Notes: a model not told the origin generated them from the sequence alone. A stretch of DNA of 63,741 bases, filler included, from Sluysia triapertura (GCA_046118255.1; 4 parts of 4 records of this genome joined end to end with filler, not necessarily neighbours in it); one strand, 5' to 3'; positions 40,320-53,556 are shown, counted from the first letter of the whole stretch. Made by a program: numbers and translations.

Positions 40320-41237
40320 GTATTATTATTATTATTATTATTACGTATTAAATTATTATCTTTATTATAATTAATTGTCCATATCTATTATTATTATTAC
40401 ATATTATTTTTCTTTTTTCCACATTTACATTGTTATTTATTGTCATTCATTGTTTTGTGCTTTTTTATCTAAAATGCCCGATAATATATTAAAATCGATT
40501 AAATCAAGATTCAATTAATTTTTCTGTCACAAATGTTTTCTGACGAATTTGTTATTTCTTGAATATTTGAATCGTCTTTTGAATATTTCAATCGATCTTG
40601 ATCAAGTCCCAGACCTCATATTGTTAAATTATTTCGTTCGTTTGTAGACGATTCTTACTGCACGTCATTTTTATAGTTCGTTTTTTGGATGAATGAGATT
40701 GGGTAGTAATTAATTTTAACGATTTGTCTTAAATTGATTTAACTACCAATTATTTTACTGAAGTTTTGTTTGAATTATTTGAATCTCCCTTTAAGCAAAC
40801 ACGCGATACTTCTGAATGTCCATTTAAAGTTTATAAGCATAATTTACAACATATATATCCACATTCTGTTCTCGGTTTAATTATTTAGTAAGTCCGAGTT
40901 TCAAAAGATAGCGATACGTTCCAAGTAAGTCCAAGTATCATTATTCAAAGTAACATTAATTTGAGTTCAATCAATCTGTGTTCTGATGCTAGGCGACGAG
41001 AAAGAAGACTATGAAAGTTTATGGAAAAGCGATATTAGGTTTTATAGAAATTTCATTGTTGTTTTGAATTGTGCCTATGTTTGATTTTAATTTTTGAATT
41101 TGCTACATGTTGATGTGGTTAAATATTTATGTGATTGTGTACTTCTTTCATATGTGATATTGTAGTTGTGAGTGAGAGTGCTGTTTAGTTTATTCGTCAG
41201 TGGAAAATTTAAAGTGGAAAATGTTGAATGAGCACAA
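39910..41237. mobile_element. Foldback/MULE-like non-autonomous element with long TIRs
   Basis: 39910-40170 is a near-identical reverse complement of 40897-41237 (right arm has an extra segment near 41005-41090); non-coding core with an (ATT)n array. Confidence 0.85.
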
Positions 41238-41334
41238 AATCCATCAGCGAAATTCAAATTCACTCTCTGACAATCGAGACACTAAATTATCTCGTGAAAT
41301 AGAGGCCGGAAACAAATGTATAATATTTTTTATT

Positions 41335-41760
41335 GTATGATAACATAGTGTCATATTGCGCGGATGTAACACGTCTCTGTTCTCCTCACGATGGTGCATG
41401 CTTACGAGTACAGTCTAGGTCTCAGGAGTGGTTCGCACCCGAAGTGGAGGTTGCAACTTCCATTGAAATAAGAGTATCTATTACAATCACTGAAATAAGA
41501 CTACCTAACAAGTCTATGCCAATGGATGACTGTATCTTGACATTGTCATTTGTGATTATTTCTACTGGCTTCAACTTGTCGTGTTTTCTCGGATTCGACA
41601 TTTACGAACGTTCCTCGACTTCTCGATATTCTGTAATAGATTTCTTGTGCACTTAGAACCGTCTCTGTGTTGTTAGCACAGAACCACTTCCAACCAAAAC
41701 ACACGTGTGTCCGATTAATTTAATTTCCAGAACTCGCCAAGGTGCGTATTGTATTCGTAA
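41335..41760 (-). mobile_element. Possible LTR-retrotransposon integrase C-terminal remnant
   Basis: Minus strand QYAPWRVLEIKLIGHTCVL...RF*VHKKSI resembles the GPY/F module tail; several stops. Confidence 0.35.
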
Positions 41761-44700
41761 AGATATGCTATAATATCTGAACCACTCAATATTTTATTTA
41801 CTAAAATATTCTTAATTAATATTAAATTAATGTTTTCAGATGCAAAGGAAATTTGTTTGATTTAGTATCGCCCAATCGCAATGGTGATAATTTGGAAATA
41901 ATTCATATATTTTCGGATACCTTCTTTGTGTCAGTTTCTGTGTTGCTACAGTTGTTTATTGAATTTGATGACAATGAGGATGAAGATCGTTGTGCAGCGT
42001 CAAGACTGTGTTATCATGTAGATGAGAAAAATGACGGTCCAGTCACGTGTGCAGGTCATTATTATGATTATTGTTATTATTCGGTTTCTATTTACTGTGT
42101 ATTTGAATAAAAATGACACTGATTTTTATATTAATCGAAATGTATGTTGCAAGACGAGTGACACTAATGATATTACAATGCGATGATTCAGTATGGATGA
42201 TTCAGTATGCCTCCTTTATTGAGTTTGCCATGTAAGCAATTAGACCTTGAAGTAAAAGTTAATGACAAGTTGGGATAACAATATTTTCACTTTTATTATT
42301 TTATTATGTGCTTGCGCTAAAGCACTATATTCCTGGTTTATTCGTGATTTCAGCACGGACATGTGATTTAGATTATGTTATACGGTTTTTCGATCAATTA
42401 AATAAATTATGTAAAATGAATTTAAATTAAAATCAACTTACAATATAAAACTAAATCAACTGATTTATCCAAGCATTTTCCGGTAAAAAGACCCACAGTG
42501 TACACCAGTAATTTCAATAGTGCAACCGGGAAAATGTGGAGGTGATAAAAGATCTAAACTTACACTGGAAATGAAAGATCAAATATTATAATACACATTT
42601 ATTGCACATTACTAAATCAATTATTAATATTTAGACTGCATTTATTTAAATACTCTCGTGGAATGTCTCAGTAACCAATCATCTCGTAAGTGGATTTTTA
42701 TTGGTCAATTTTAAGTTTAGAACTAAAGTCTGATTGGTTAAAATTTGGTCTATTGAAAATGGTACTAAATGTAATTGGTAGTTTTAATAAAGGTTAGTAT
42801 TATCTGAAAATGTTTTGCGGACAGTTAGTTATTGATTTTCAATAAATGCAATTGAAAATGTTTGTAAAATTTGTAGAATTAAACTTGTTATAATATTTCA
42901 GATTGTCCTGACAAACTTCGCATTACTTTGTACAAGGAATTGTTCATCAATATGTGCTGTATTGTCATCACTCAGAACAATAACGATCTTCATGATGTGG
43001 TAAGTTTTGAAGTTTCTGATTTATTAAAACAAGATTCAGTTTTCTCAGTAATTAAGTTTGTCTCTGTATTTTCATCACGCTTTGCAAAAAGTTTTATATT
43101 TACATTATCGATATTCTTTGATTATAATACACTAGAACTCCTAGAACTGGAACATTGCACGTGCATGTTGTATTTTCTTTTTGCAGTCAAAATAGTAGAA
43201 TTAGCTATTTAAATTATTTTCTCTCAACAATCATTCTAATGTTTGTAATAGATTAACAACCACAATAAAATAAAAGCAGTTGCTCAATTATTTTAGTGTT
43301 GTAGTGCAATAATGGATTGATAATACATCTCACAATTTATGATCTTCGAGTCAGAACAATCACACTGGACTCCACTGATACCGATATTACAACTATATCT
43401 GCGTGGACCAGGATAATATAGTACACTGGCAGAGTTGGAAAGAATCAAACTCAAATTGAAAACAGTGTATGTGTGTGTATAACTAGATATTGCAATAAAT
43501 TCAAATAATGTGCTAAGACATAATCAGAATGAAAATTAATTTCAGTGGAATTTCGATTTTGTTAATATTGTAAAATTATTACGACTTATCAATGTCGCGT
43601 TGTGACTCCAGTTAGTTTATTCGTTACGGTTTTCTCTGGAATTGTGAATAACGTACACGTTTTACATCTATTACACAGCGTAACTTTATCTTATCTTTAA
43701 TGCTTGTCAATTTCTCAGATACGAAATACTCAAATTTTGTTCCTGGTTTTAAAACTGAATTACTAAATGAATTTTTATCTAATTTATCAATTTTTCATCA
43801 CTCTTTTAGTACTACCTCTGTTCAAAATGTCATTTGTTGCTAACTTAACAATATATAAGATGACAATGAGTCATTTGTTTATGAACAATGGAGAATCAAA
43901 ATAATTTTTTGGAAGTAATTGTTCAGTTTATAATAATTTTATAAATAACTAGCAATTTTTGAAATTTGTAATTTTTGACTGAGTACCAACAGATGACTCG
44001 CTGCTATTTTCTTTTCAGTCCAAATAACTTTAAATCATGGAAATCAAACGTTCTGGAGTAAAGTACAGAAAGTTAAGTAAGAAGGAGAGAAATACCATCC
44101 TGCAAACACTTCTGGTGTGATCTAACATTTTGGAAAACAATTGAAACTGCTCGCAATGTATTACGAGATATAATGTAATATAATTTGTAATAAAATATTT
44201 TCATAAATAAAAAGTAGTCTAAAGCCATATATATTGTATATAGTGTATATAAAACTAACGAGGCAATCAATTGTGAACGGAGGTAATATTATGTTATTAC
44301 AAATATATTTTAAAATTATTTTCTAATTTTCATTAAGGAAGAAATATTACTACGATATATTATTGAAATGGACTTTAATCAATCGAACATTTCCTTCTTA
44401 TTCGTCATGGATATTTTCGTGTTTCTCTGCAGGTTCGATATTTTATTAATCTTGTCCTACTGGACTTTCAAAAAATACTGAAATGCTAAGTGCCCACTCG
44501 TTCTCTGTGGTTCTTACAGTCACTACTCGTACAACACAAGTTTGAAATTGTTAACATTATCTGGTCTGTTTTAAGTTTTCTCTCTCTCTATGTTTAATTC
44601 TATTTTTTATAAATTTTATTGTCGGTTTAGGGCCCGGCGAAACTAAAGTAACAGAATTTTGAAAATAAAAATCAACGAAACATTCGTTGAACACAAACAC

Positions 44701-45384
44701 TAAATTCTGATGTAACACGTTCATTTCCACGAATAGTACTTTTCTCTCGTAATGAAATCGGATATTTGGATTTCCTAGATGTTATTAGTGAGATTAATAA
44801 AAGTGGATGCTGCTTTGTATTCGATTGTATTCGATTCAATTAATTTCTCTCAAGTAATGTGACATATTTTACTCAGCAAATCTGCACACTGATATATTAT
44901 AATATATTCAAATACATCATGTAAAATTTACTATTTACCACATAATTTCTAACATATTTTTTCTTACTTATTCCATAATTTACACATAAATTTGAATTTC
45001 TTGCATATAAATCTTTGGTCCAACACCTTTCTTTATTCATAAGTAACTTCACTAAATTCGTCGAAATTACGAATATATATTCTGCATGTAACATTTGAAA
45101 TTATTGGACTATTTTGATTAATAAAATTAAAACTTATTTTTCTGAATTTACACAATCGAGTAATTTCGAGTATTGCTTTACTAACTATTTGATTTTCAAC
45201 CAGTTTATAAAACTAATAAAACCATCGATGATATAAACTCTTCTGCGGTTAATTCAAGACAAGATTGATAAGCCAATTTCGTTGAATTTGTGCTAATTGT
45301 ATTATACAACACTGGTTACCAATAATCAAAATAAGTGAAGATAAAATTGAATAAAGTTTTACAGTATTTCGATATTAAAAAGAT

Positions 45385-45455
45385 AGATGTTGGTTCAATG
45401 TTGAGTAAAGTAGCAGCACTGAAATCAAGGTATATACAATAGAAATTGTCATTTA
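45385..45455 (-). mobile_element. LINE reverse-transcriptase fragment
   Basis: Minus strand FYCIYLDFSAA resembles the RT motif xIYLDFSKAFD; surroundings decayed. Confidence 0.35.
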
Positions 45456-46429
45456 ATCGATCAAATTATATTTATTTAACACATTCGCCGCCAACCATGA
45501 ATATACTCGTGATTCTTTCAATATAAATATTATAACGTACAACTTGTGGAGTGCTTTCAAACCTTTTACGGCCACAAACATAAATATATAAGTGTAATAA
45601 CTTGAAAAAAGGGCTACAAATAAATTTGTTTTTACAAAAATTCTACTTTATTTATTAATTTGTTTATTTTCCAACTAATAATTTATTGATAGGTACTACT
45701 TCTGACTCTACAAAACTACACTGCTTACTGATGAGAGAGATGTTGCACAGATAAACTCAGTTGGAGTCAAATTGTTCATTATTACATGATCCCATTATCT
45801 CTGACACGAAATAGAATCTAAGTAATAACCAGCCTTTCGTATTTTTTCACTTTTATCTATATTTGTGTGATTCATTACTTGTTTTTTTGCCTAGACATGT
45901 ACGCAAATAAGAAAAAGGATATCGAGTCCTGTCGAGTATACTCGTGCTTGATTGTTATACATGTAAATGATGATTATTTATGACAAAATATGTATGTATT
46001 TATCTTGAAATAATAAATCTTAGATAAACAATAACAATACTCTAAACAGAAATGGCAAAGCGAATATCTTCATTCTATTTAGGTTGGGGTTAAGATTTTA
46101 TACAATTTCCGTTTAGTATAAGTATACCTATTTTAAATTATATTGATTTTTTAAGAAAAAACATTCGAATAAAAAGATTAAATATTAATTTTTTATTGTA
46201 CAAATTATACATTTGGTTTATTTGGATTATATATGAGCTTTAATAAATAAAATTATAACTGTAAAATTTTTTATAAAGTGTATTAAGCTTTTAACTTTTA
46301 GTGTATTGAAACACTAATTTTCACAAGTTCGCTGGCTTCAATCTCGTCAATAATGCTAATGATTAATTAATTAATATTTAACAATTTGTTTCTCAAAAAA
46401 TCAAATTCAAAAGTAATTAAATAAAATAC

Positions 46430-46997
46430 CAACATGAGCTAAAGATGGCAATTTAGAATCTTCCCCTGATTTAGTTGCTAATAACAATTCTTCGGTTAAA
46501 GGACGATGAGTAAAATCGACAAGACGACGATAAGCAGCATGACTTGGTGATGTGAAAATTTCTTCAGCTCCTAATATAGCTGCTGCCTTGGATGGAACTC
46601 CCATTTTACAATGTGCTGGTGATAAAGAAGACGATGTTGATAATGATATCTTTTCTTCATCTTCGTCCAATTCAACATTTTTATCAGACAATTTTTCACA
46701 TGAAATATTTGGAACAGTTAACGAAATTTCACCTTTATCTGTTTGATTTATTTTATTGGAAGTACTTTGTAAAATATTTCCATTGTAATTATCCGAATTT
46801 AAATTATTTAATGAACGATACAATATAGCATTACTATCAGTTAAAAATTGATTATTTTCAGATTTGGAAAGTTCAGAACTTAAACAAATGTATGGTATAT
46901 CCAAACAAGGCATTGAACAAACTCGATTATTTGAAGAAGTTAATTGTTCACGATATTTTTTGTTTATTTTTAAACTATCCGCCTCACTCAAATCCAT
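46430..46997 (-). CDS. Probable first coding exon of an unidentified gene
   Basis: ATG at 46997, about 189 open codons, Ser/Asn-rich with PSKAAAILG, ending at a GTATTT donor (46429). Confidence 0.6.
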
Positions 46998-47693
46998 TAT
47001 TACGAATTATTCAAACAATACATTTTTTTGTAAACATTACAATTTAAATAATGAAATTAATAAAATTAAAAAATAAGAATGATGACATAAATTGTATGAA
47101 GAATTGTATAAAACTAAAATTAAAAGTAAATAATAATAGTTAGCAACCAATGAAATAACGTTATTTATGTATTGTATAGTATTTCTTAGCTAGTAAGGTA
47201 CAATTGGCAGTTAGTAACAACTTTTGTACTTAATTGTTAGAGAATGATGTTATTTTATAAGACAACTCTAATAAAATATAGTAGCAGTAAATTAGTTTAT
47301 AATTTCGTGGCACTTTTTATTACTAATAACAAACGAAATTTTCAAGGACAGATAATAAAATGATTTAGTGATTTATACATATAAATTGATGAGGAAAAAT
47401 TAAAATTCAAGTAGATTACTTTAATATAGGCTTTTTCAATCAGAATGAAAACGTATTTCGTTGATTTTAATGATTATTTAATTAGATATAATTTTATTAG
47501 TGTTATTTTTAGTGAAAATTTTTTTAAAAAATAATTATTTCAAAAAAAATAATTAATTTATTATAAAAGAAAATAATGATTTAATTATTTATTATGTTTT
47601 TTTATAATGAAAATTGTTCTAAAATTATTTGTCTTCTAAAACCTTTAAAAATGATTATTTTCGAAATAAAGAAATTATTTTTCGAATAGCAGC

Positions 47694-47764
47694 TTCCATA
47701 ATATTCTAGAACATTCCATCGATTCCTATTTGCTGATGATTAGTAAATGTAAACTAGCATCAGC
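47694..47764 (+). promoter_or_regulatory. HSE-bearing repeat module, copy 2
   Basis: TTCcaTAAtaTTCtaGAAcaTTC then gctgatgattagt...actagcatcagc; flanks homologous to 48340-48510 and 31450-31560. Confidence 0.5.
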
Positions 47765-47991
47765 ATTGCTAGTTGTCAGCCATTTTTAAATTTTTAATGG
47801 ATTTTGAAATTCCGAAAATTCTACTCATCAAAGTGTCATTTATCAATCAATTTAGAAAGAAGTTATAATTGCAATTTGGATATCGAATTTTATATAAGAA
47901 AATTCGTATTATAAAATCGAATTAAATTTCATTTTTGAAAGGAAAATTAAGTTTCTCCAATATATTGAGAGGTAAAATACAGGTGATATAA

Positions 47992-48316
47992 CAAGGTTGG
48001 TGAAACTGTGGCTCTCTGAAGGATTATTTATGGCTCTCGATAAATGGCTCCCGAGTTTACTTTTCATTTATGTGTTATATATTTTAAAAAATTATTATCG
48101 TTCCGTATGTGTTTCAAAATGTCTTTTAAATTACTGACAAATATGAAAGACTAAGTGCAACATGTTGTAACAAATTTCATTCCCGTCCGAGTTAAGAATG
48201 ATATGAATCATCGAAAAAAATTTTCTTAATACCTTTTTAGCATGCTTCTTAAATATGTGAAAAAATTTCAAATTTTGAAAAATGGCTCGGACTATCAAGA
48301 AGCTTGGCAACCCCTC
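47992..48316. mobile_element. Non-autonomous hAT (Charlie/Buster-like) MITE
   Basis: Left end caaggttggtgaaactgtggctc, right end tggctcgg...gcttggcaacccct, with subterminal TGGCTC repeats typical of Buster/SPIN-like hATs; no clean TSD. Confidence 0.55.
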
Positions 48317-48416
48317 TAAAATTATATAAAACGATTTAAGAGTCTTTAAAAACCTTTAAAAATTACTTTTAAAATATTATTTCCAACAAAAAAAACTAGC
48401 TTCTAAAAGTAGAATA

Positions 48417-48472
48417 GAAGTTTCTAGAATATTCCATCGAGTGTTCCTTTTGGCTGATGACTAGTATATAAA
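48417..48472 (+). promoter_or_regulatory. HSE-bearing repeat module, copy 3
   Basis: GAAgtTTCtaGAAtaTTC 48417-48434, TATATAAA 48465-48472. Confidence 0.55.
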
Positions 48473-49071
48473 CTAGTATCATCTCTGTAAAATTCGCCCA
48501 TTTTTAAACCTCTATTTTTGAAAATATAATCTGCTTTTTGCTGCGTTGCTATTTTTGATTTTTTTTATAAATTTCTTGTGAATTATCGCAACACATTCGA
48601 CGATTTTCGAAACATTCATCGAGCAATGATTATTCAATTACATTCATTGATAAATTATATATTTTTAAGATAAATTTCAACTTTAGGAGTTGATATTATA
48701 AAATCTTATTTAAATTGTCAATTAAATTTAATTATTATTATTAATTATTAAATTTAACTTAATTATTATTAAATTTAATTAATTAATTATTATGCCGATA
48801 GATTAATGCTTAAATAATGCAGACGTTAGATTAGCTTTAAATTTTAAAATATTTTTCTTTTACTTTATTATCTTAAATCTTATTCTTTCTATGAAATTTT
48901 AGTATTTTCTATAATAATTAATTATAAAAATATTTGAAAAGATTATTTATTGTACACTCAAACTAAGGAGCATTTCTTTCAGATAAAATATTAGCTTGCA
49001 AACGACAAACGACGTTTACTGTAATCGAACCCTGCTCTAAACTATTTTGCTGTAGATTAAGTGTGATAACG

Positions 49072-49579
49072 GTGTGATGACCAAATTATTAGACTAAAGA
49101 GCATTTTTGTGATAAAATTCAACATTTTTCAAGGATACTATGAAACTATTAATCAATAGTGCATAAACATTGTCACGAAAATGTAAAATGTTGGAAAATA
49201 ACTACTTTCTCCAACAAAATTCTAGTGAAAGTAAAATAATAGATAAAAATACTGAGATCCAAAACATACAGAAATTTTATTCATGTAGAATGATAACATA
49301 ATTTACTACAAATCAAATACGTACTTTGTTATCCAATAATTTCCAGATCCTCAAAGGCATGCCACGGATGAGCTTCTGGCACAAGTCTTTGGTCTCGTAA
49401 TCATGATGCCATACTTTTATCAGGGTTGATGTATGGGTAGAAACTTTTCTTTTGACAATCTCCTACAGATTTTCTATGGGATTCATGTCTGAATAGTTTC
49501 CAGGCCAGGGTAGCAAATATTAAGAAAACCAAAGAAAACGTATTTTTCCTGTTTTAGTCAAATAATTTGGCCACCACTG
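49072..49579 (-). mobile_element. Internally deleted Tc1-family transposon
   Basis: Minus strand LLPWPGNYSDMNPIENL*EIVKRK...LIRGMPLRI (Tc1 WPxxSPDLNPIENLW); TIRs gtgatgaccaaattattagacta / tagtcaaataatttggccaccactg, the right one followed by TA. Confidence 0.85.
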
Positions 49580-51114
49580 TATATAATTTTCTATTATTCT
49601 TACCAATGTTATTTTCAAGCTACTAGATGTTCCTGGATAGACTACAATTTTGAAAACATAATGAACATGCAATAAATATACAATTATTATGAAATCTTTT
49701 TTATAAACTGTGGCTTATCTAAATAAAGTATTATAAAATTCAAAAATCCATAACGTGACTAATGCTGGATCAGTTAAATAAAAAATAAAAATAAAATTTT
49801 TAATTAAGTTTCATATACTATATTTTATTTCAATATTACATGTTAAATTTATGTTTATTGATGGTTAATGTGATTAAGTTTGAAGTATATTGTAGTGGTA
49901 AAACGTCGATGAGTCGAGTGGTTACTTTGAATTAAAAACATATTAGAGAATGAAGTGGAATGTAAGGTGACTTGTAAATATGTATTATGAAGTCATCTGA
50001 AAAGTATCTTATGTTTATTGTATTATTGTCAGGATGGTTTAGTTCTAAATTACTAAAGTCAATGATGCAGAAGACATTAATATTTTACATACTTTACGCA
50101 AGGATCTTAACGTCTCTTTGAATTTGACTTATTGACTTAATAATTCTTTTATATGATACAATCTTAAATACTTGACTCCAGCTCCGGTTTATTTCAAATT
50201 GAATCTAGTTATTTGGTATTTAACTTTACTATAATCGCTTTTTTATTTTGTTTATTAAGCTTTGTAATATTGCTTTACATTTCTTGGATGCTTGATTTTA
50301 ATATTTATTATAATGGGGTGTTCGGCTTACCCTGGAATTCAAATAAGTTGTTAAAACATAATATAAAAACTTTAGACATACAAAATTTACTTTCACTATG
50401 ATTTTCTTGTGTTAGCTGCAACAGCACCTTCTAAATTCGGCATCACATCTGTATTAGGAAGTCATCCAAATCATTATCTTTGGTGTAGCTATCACCATAA
50501 CTATCGAAGTTAATGCATATCGTAATTTTTTGTAGTAATAGTTCTTGAAGCATGATGGCCATCATCATTTATCAGATCTTATTTCTGACAATAATCATGA
50601 AACCTTTTAAAAGCAATGCTTTATCTCGGGTACCTGACAATATAATCAATAGGAAACACACAATTACATTTGTTTCCAGATACGATAAGGGTCTTGATCG
50701 ATCATAGTCTTCTTGAACAGCTCTATTATAAAGTGTAAAATTTACCTGTTTTACGATATAATTATCAAATAATTATCAAATGCAATTGGAACGTCAACTT
50801 CGGTGAATCTACCTGCTCTAAACACATTTTACCATAAATTTCATCATCAACAATTAGTCTCTTTTTACGTAATGTAATCATTTCTACTTTGAATCAAATT
50901 TTTACGATGTTCAACAAATCAAAAATAACTTAAAAGTAGAACTTACACACACAATTTTGGCAACATATGAATGTTTTTGGTTTTTACTAAAAAAATTTTT
51001 ACAACTTTTAAGTTTACGAAAAATCTTTTTTATTAGCCAAATTCTTTTTCATTTGTTTCCTTTATGTTTTAGTACAAATTTTTGTGCTCAAATTTCCATT
51101 TAACACTGCCAATT

Positions 51115-51118
<4 letters not shown>

Positions 51119-51187
<69 letters not shown>
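51119..51187. repeat. (ATT)n microsatellite in the intron before the tafazzin exon
   Basis: Pure tta/att run. Confidence 0.95.
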
Positions 51188-51235
51188 TATAAAGATATAA
51201 GTTTAATTTATTAATTCGTTATTTTATATTTTCAG

Positions 51236-51526
51236 TATCCAATTATCTTGCCAATTTGGCACTGTGGCCTTGAGAAGTTTTATCCTATTCGATGGAATGA
51301 AATTTGGAAATATAGTAAAGAACTACTCGATCCAACACATAAAGTTACTGTTTATGTAGGAGAACCAATTATTTTGCCAAATTTGTCAACAAATCGTATT
51401 CAGTTAGAACATTCTAGTCATAAATTAGAATTATATGATTTTTGTACGAAATTGGTACAAGAAAAGTTTTATGAGGTTCGAAAATTAGCCATAGATTCCC
51501 ATAAAAAGTATTTGGAAAATAGTTAA
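51236..51526 (+). CDS. TAZ: Tafazzin (phospholipid transacylase), last coding exon
   Basis: Acceptor ttttcag at 51235; YPIILPIWHCG...KVTVYVGEPI...TKLVQEKFYEVRKLA matches the tafazzin C-terminus (PIILPLWHVG...KITVLIGKP...TDFIQEEF); stop TAA. Confidence 0.8.
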   Translation, partial: YPIILPIWHCGLEKFYPIRWNEIWKYSKELLDPTHKVTVYVGEPIILPNLSTNRIQLEHSSHKLELYDFCTKLVQEKFYEVRKLAIDSHKKYLENS

Positions 51527-52768
51527 TTTTTATTAGAAAAAGTTGTGATCATCATCAAGGTCGCCAAGAAAAGAAATTTTTATTATCTGATTTGAAAATG
51601 GTTTTAAAATAGTCCTATTATGGCCTTGTATTATATTCGACCATGAATTTTACTTCTTGAATTTTATACGCTAAAATTAAGCCCTTTATTTACTGTTTTG
51701 TTGTACTAATTTTTCACTGGAGAATGCGAAGCATGCATTTGTCCAAAATTCACTGTGCATTTGAAGAGTTATTTTTGTGTTTTAAGTATTTATTAAAAGC
51801 TATTTTTAAACATGTAGTGGTGTTTTGTGTTGTATGTACATGTCTGTTTAGGAGTTAGGGTTATTGTTGAATAGTGTGTTAATATAGATGTTTATAATGA
51901 AATTTCAAACTGAGTGGATATTTTAAAGTTTACCTTAACTTTACCTTTGTTTACAGATGACTGAGATTTATGTATTAGTTGTTATTATTATTCATTACTA
52001 TGGTGAGCTTATCAAAATGTCTTATATATATTAAGATCACTTTTCGTAACTGGAATACGTAGAAATTTGTTGATACTTAAATATTCTTCACTAAAGAATC
52101 TTATTTATCCTTTCCTTATTAAACGTTATTTTGATATCTTTATTCTCATTTTAATGGAGACTTCATTATCGTATTTTGTGTTTTTCAAAATATTCAACCA
52201 TATCTCAACAATTAAATTAACCAATAATCTTGTTATATTTTAAATATCACAAAATAACAAATTATCAATTCTTTGATAACAATATATAAATTCAAAGTAA
52301 TAGATCATTTTTCGTATGCAATCGATAAATAAAAGAAAAATACAGGTTTGATACAAAACGATAAATGTTGACAATAGTAAAAACGCAGATTACCAACCGC
52401 AATAACAGTCTCATTGCTTAAGTACAGTGTTCATTACAACTGTGTCGAGACAGGTATTTTCTAATTTTCTACAAAAATGTGATCGCTTATATAGTAGTTG
52501 AGTAATTGCTTATGAGAGATTAAATATGGGAAAATAAAAGTAATTTTCATCGGCTTCCAATTTTATTGTTTCCTGCTATATTTTTAGATAACACACTTCC
52601 TACAAAAGCAATAGCATCTCTCACTTTCATTTTTTTTCAACTTTATTTACCTAAACAAAAAATCCCCTCATTCCACATGTGTCTTTTAATATTTTTAATC
52701 TTCCCAAATTATTAAATCAAAAATCAATAATTGAATAAACTCAAAACCTCAGTATATTTGATATAATA

Positions 52769-52868
52769 NNNNNNNNNNNNNNNNNNNNNNNNNNNNNNNN
52801 NNNNNNNNNNNNTTAATTAATTAANNNNNNNNNNNNNNNNNNNNNNNNNNNNNNNNNNNNNNNNNNNN
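52769..52868. other. Artificial contig spacer
   Basis: 44 N + TTAATTAATTAA + 44 N. Confidence 0.97.
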
Positions 52869-53350
52869 GATTTTGTCAGATTTATACTATTAACTAAATC
52901 GATTAAATCTTTTGAACTTGGTTTATTGGATCCACTATTCCCATTTTTATTCATTTCTGGTGTTGCATTATAACTTGTAATTTTAACTTCATCATAAACA
53001 TTTGTTCTAAACGTTTCGTAGAAGAGATTATCTTCATTCTTTAGAGTACTACAAAGATCACATTGATTATGTTCGAAGACATTAGAAAGAGTAATTATTT
53101 GGGTGGTAACTTTATTGTCATTAAGAAAAGATAATACGCCATAAACATTTGAAAATTGCTTTGTTTTTTGCTTTCGATCTAAATAGAATTCATTAAACTC
53201 GTTAGAATCCTTCATAAATTTCTTTGCCAACAAATTACTATTTGGTTTTAAAATATCATTATCAAGAGTAGTACATTTTACTAAAATTTGGACATAAAAT
53301 GATTCCATAGAGTTTCTAATAATTAGTCGATTCGGAGAAGTTTTTGCCAT
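52869..53350 (-). CDS. Orphan ORF, 3'-truncated by the contig end
   Basis: 160 open codons from ATG 53350 to the gap; contains HNQCDLC; no recognisable family. Confidence 0.45.
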
Positions 53351-53506
53351 GATTTAATGCGAATGAATATCCGGCATCAAAAATTACCCATGAAAAACAA
53401 ATGTATTTGAACTTTGTATAATATATTGAGAAATAACTTATCTACTTTGAATATTAACAATTGAAAAATAAAAATTGTGTGTTTGCTTGTTTGCTTTTTT
53501 AGTTTG

Positions 53507-53556
53507 CCCAATCAGAGTCTTCGATAGTATGTTTTATTATATGAACTCTGATTGGG
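53507..53556 (-). promoter_or_regulatory. Inverted CCAAT module CCCAATCAGAGT-N26-ACTCTGATTGGG, copy 2
   Basis: Same arms, same 26-nt spacer length, CATATAAT at the same place on the minus strand, about 157 nt upstream of ATG 53350. Confidence 0.5.

Noticed and set aside
40185-40370. Poly-Tyr/Leu/Ile ORFs (also 11853-12056 and 20001-20198)
   Set aside because: Translations of (ATT)n microsatellites.
41853-42110. NGDNLEIIHIFSD as a tafazzin HIFPEG exon
   Set aside because: Invariant PEG missing and flanks do not align.
50027-50639. Solo LTR bounded by TGTCAGG...CCTGACA; also WGVRLTLE resembling tafazzin WGVGRL near 50313
   Set aside because: No matching TSD and no second copy in the window; the peptide is directly preceded by a stop and lacks a splice acceptor.
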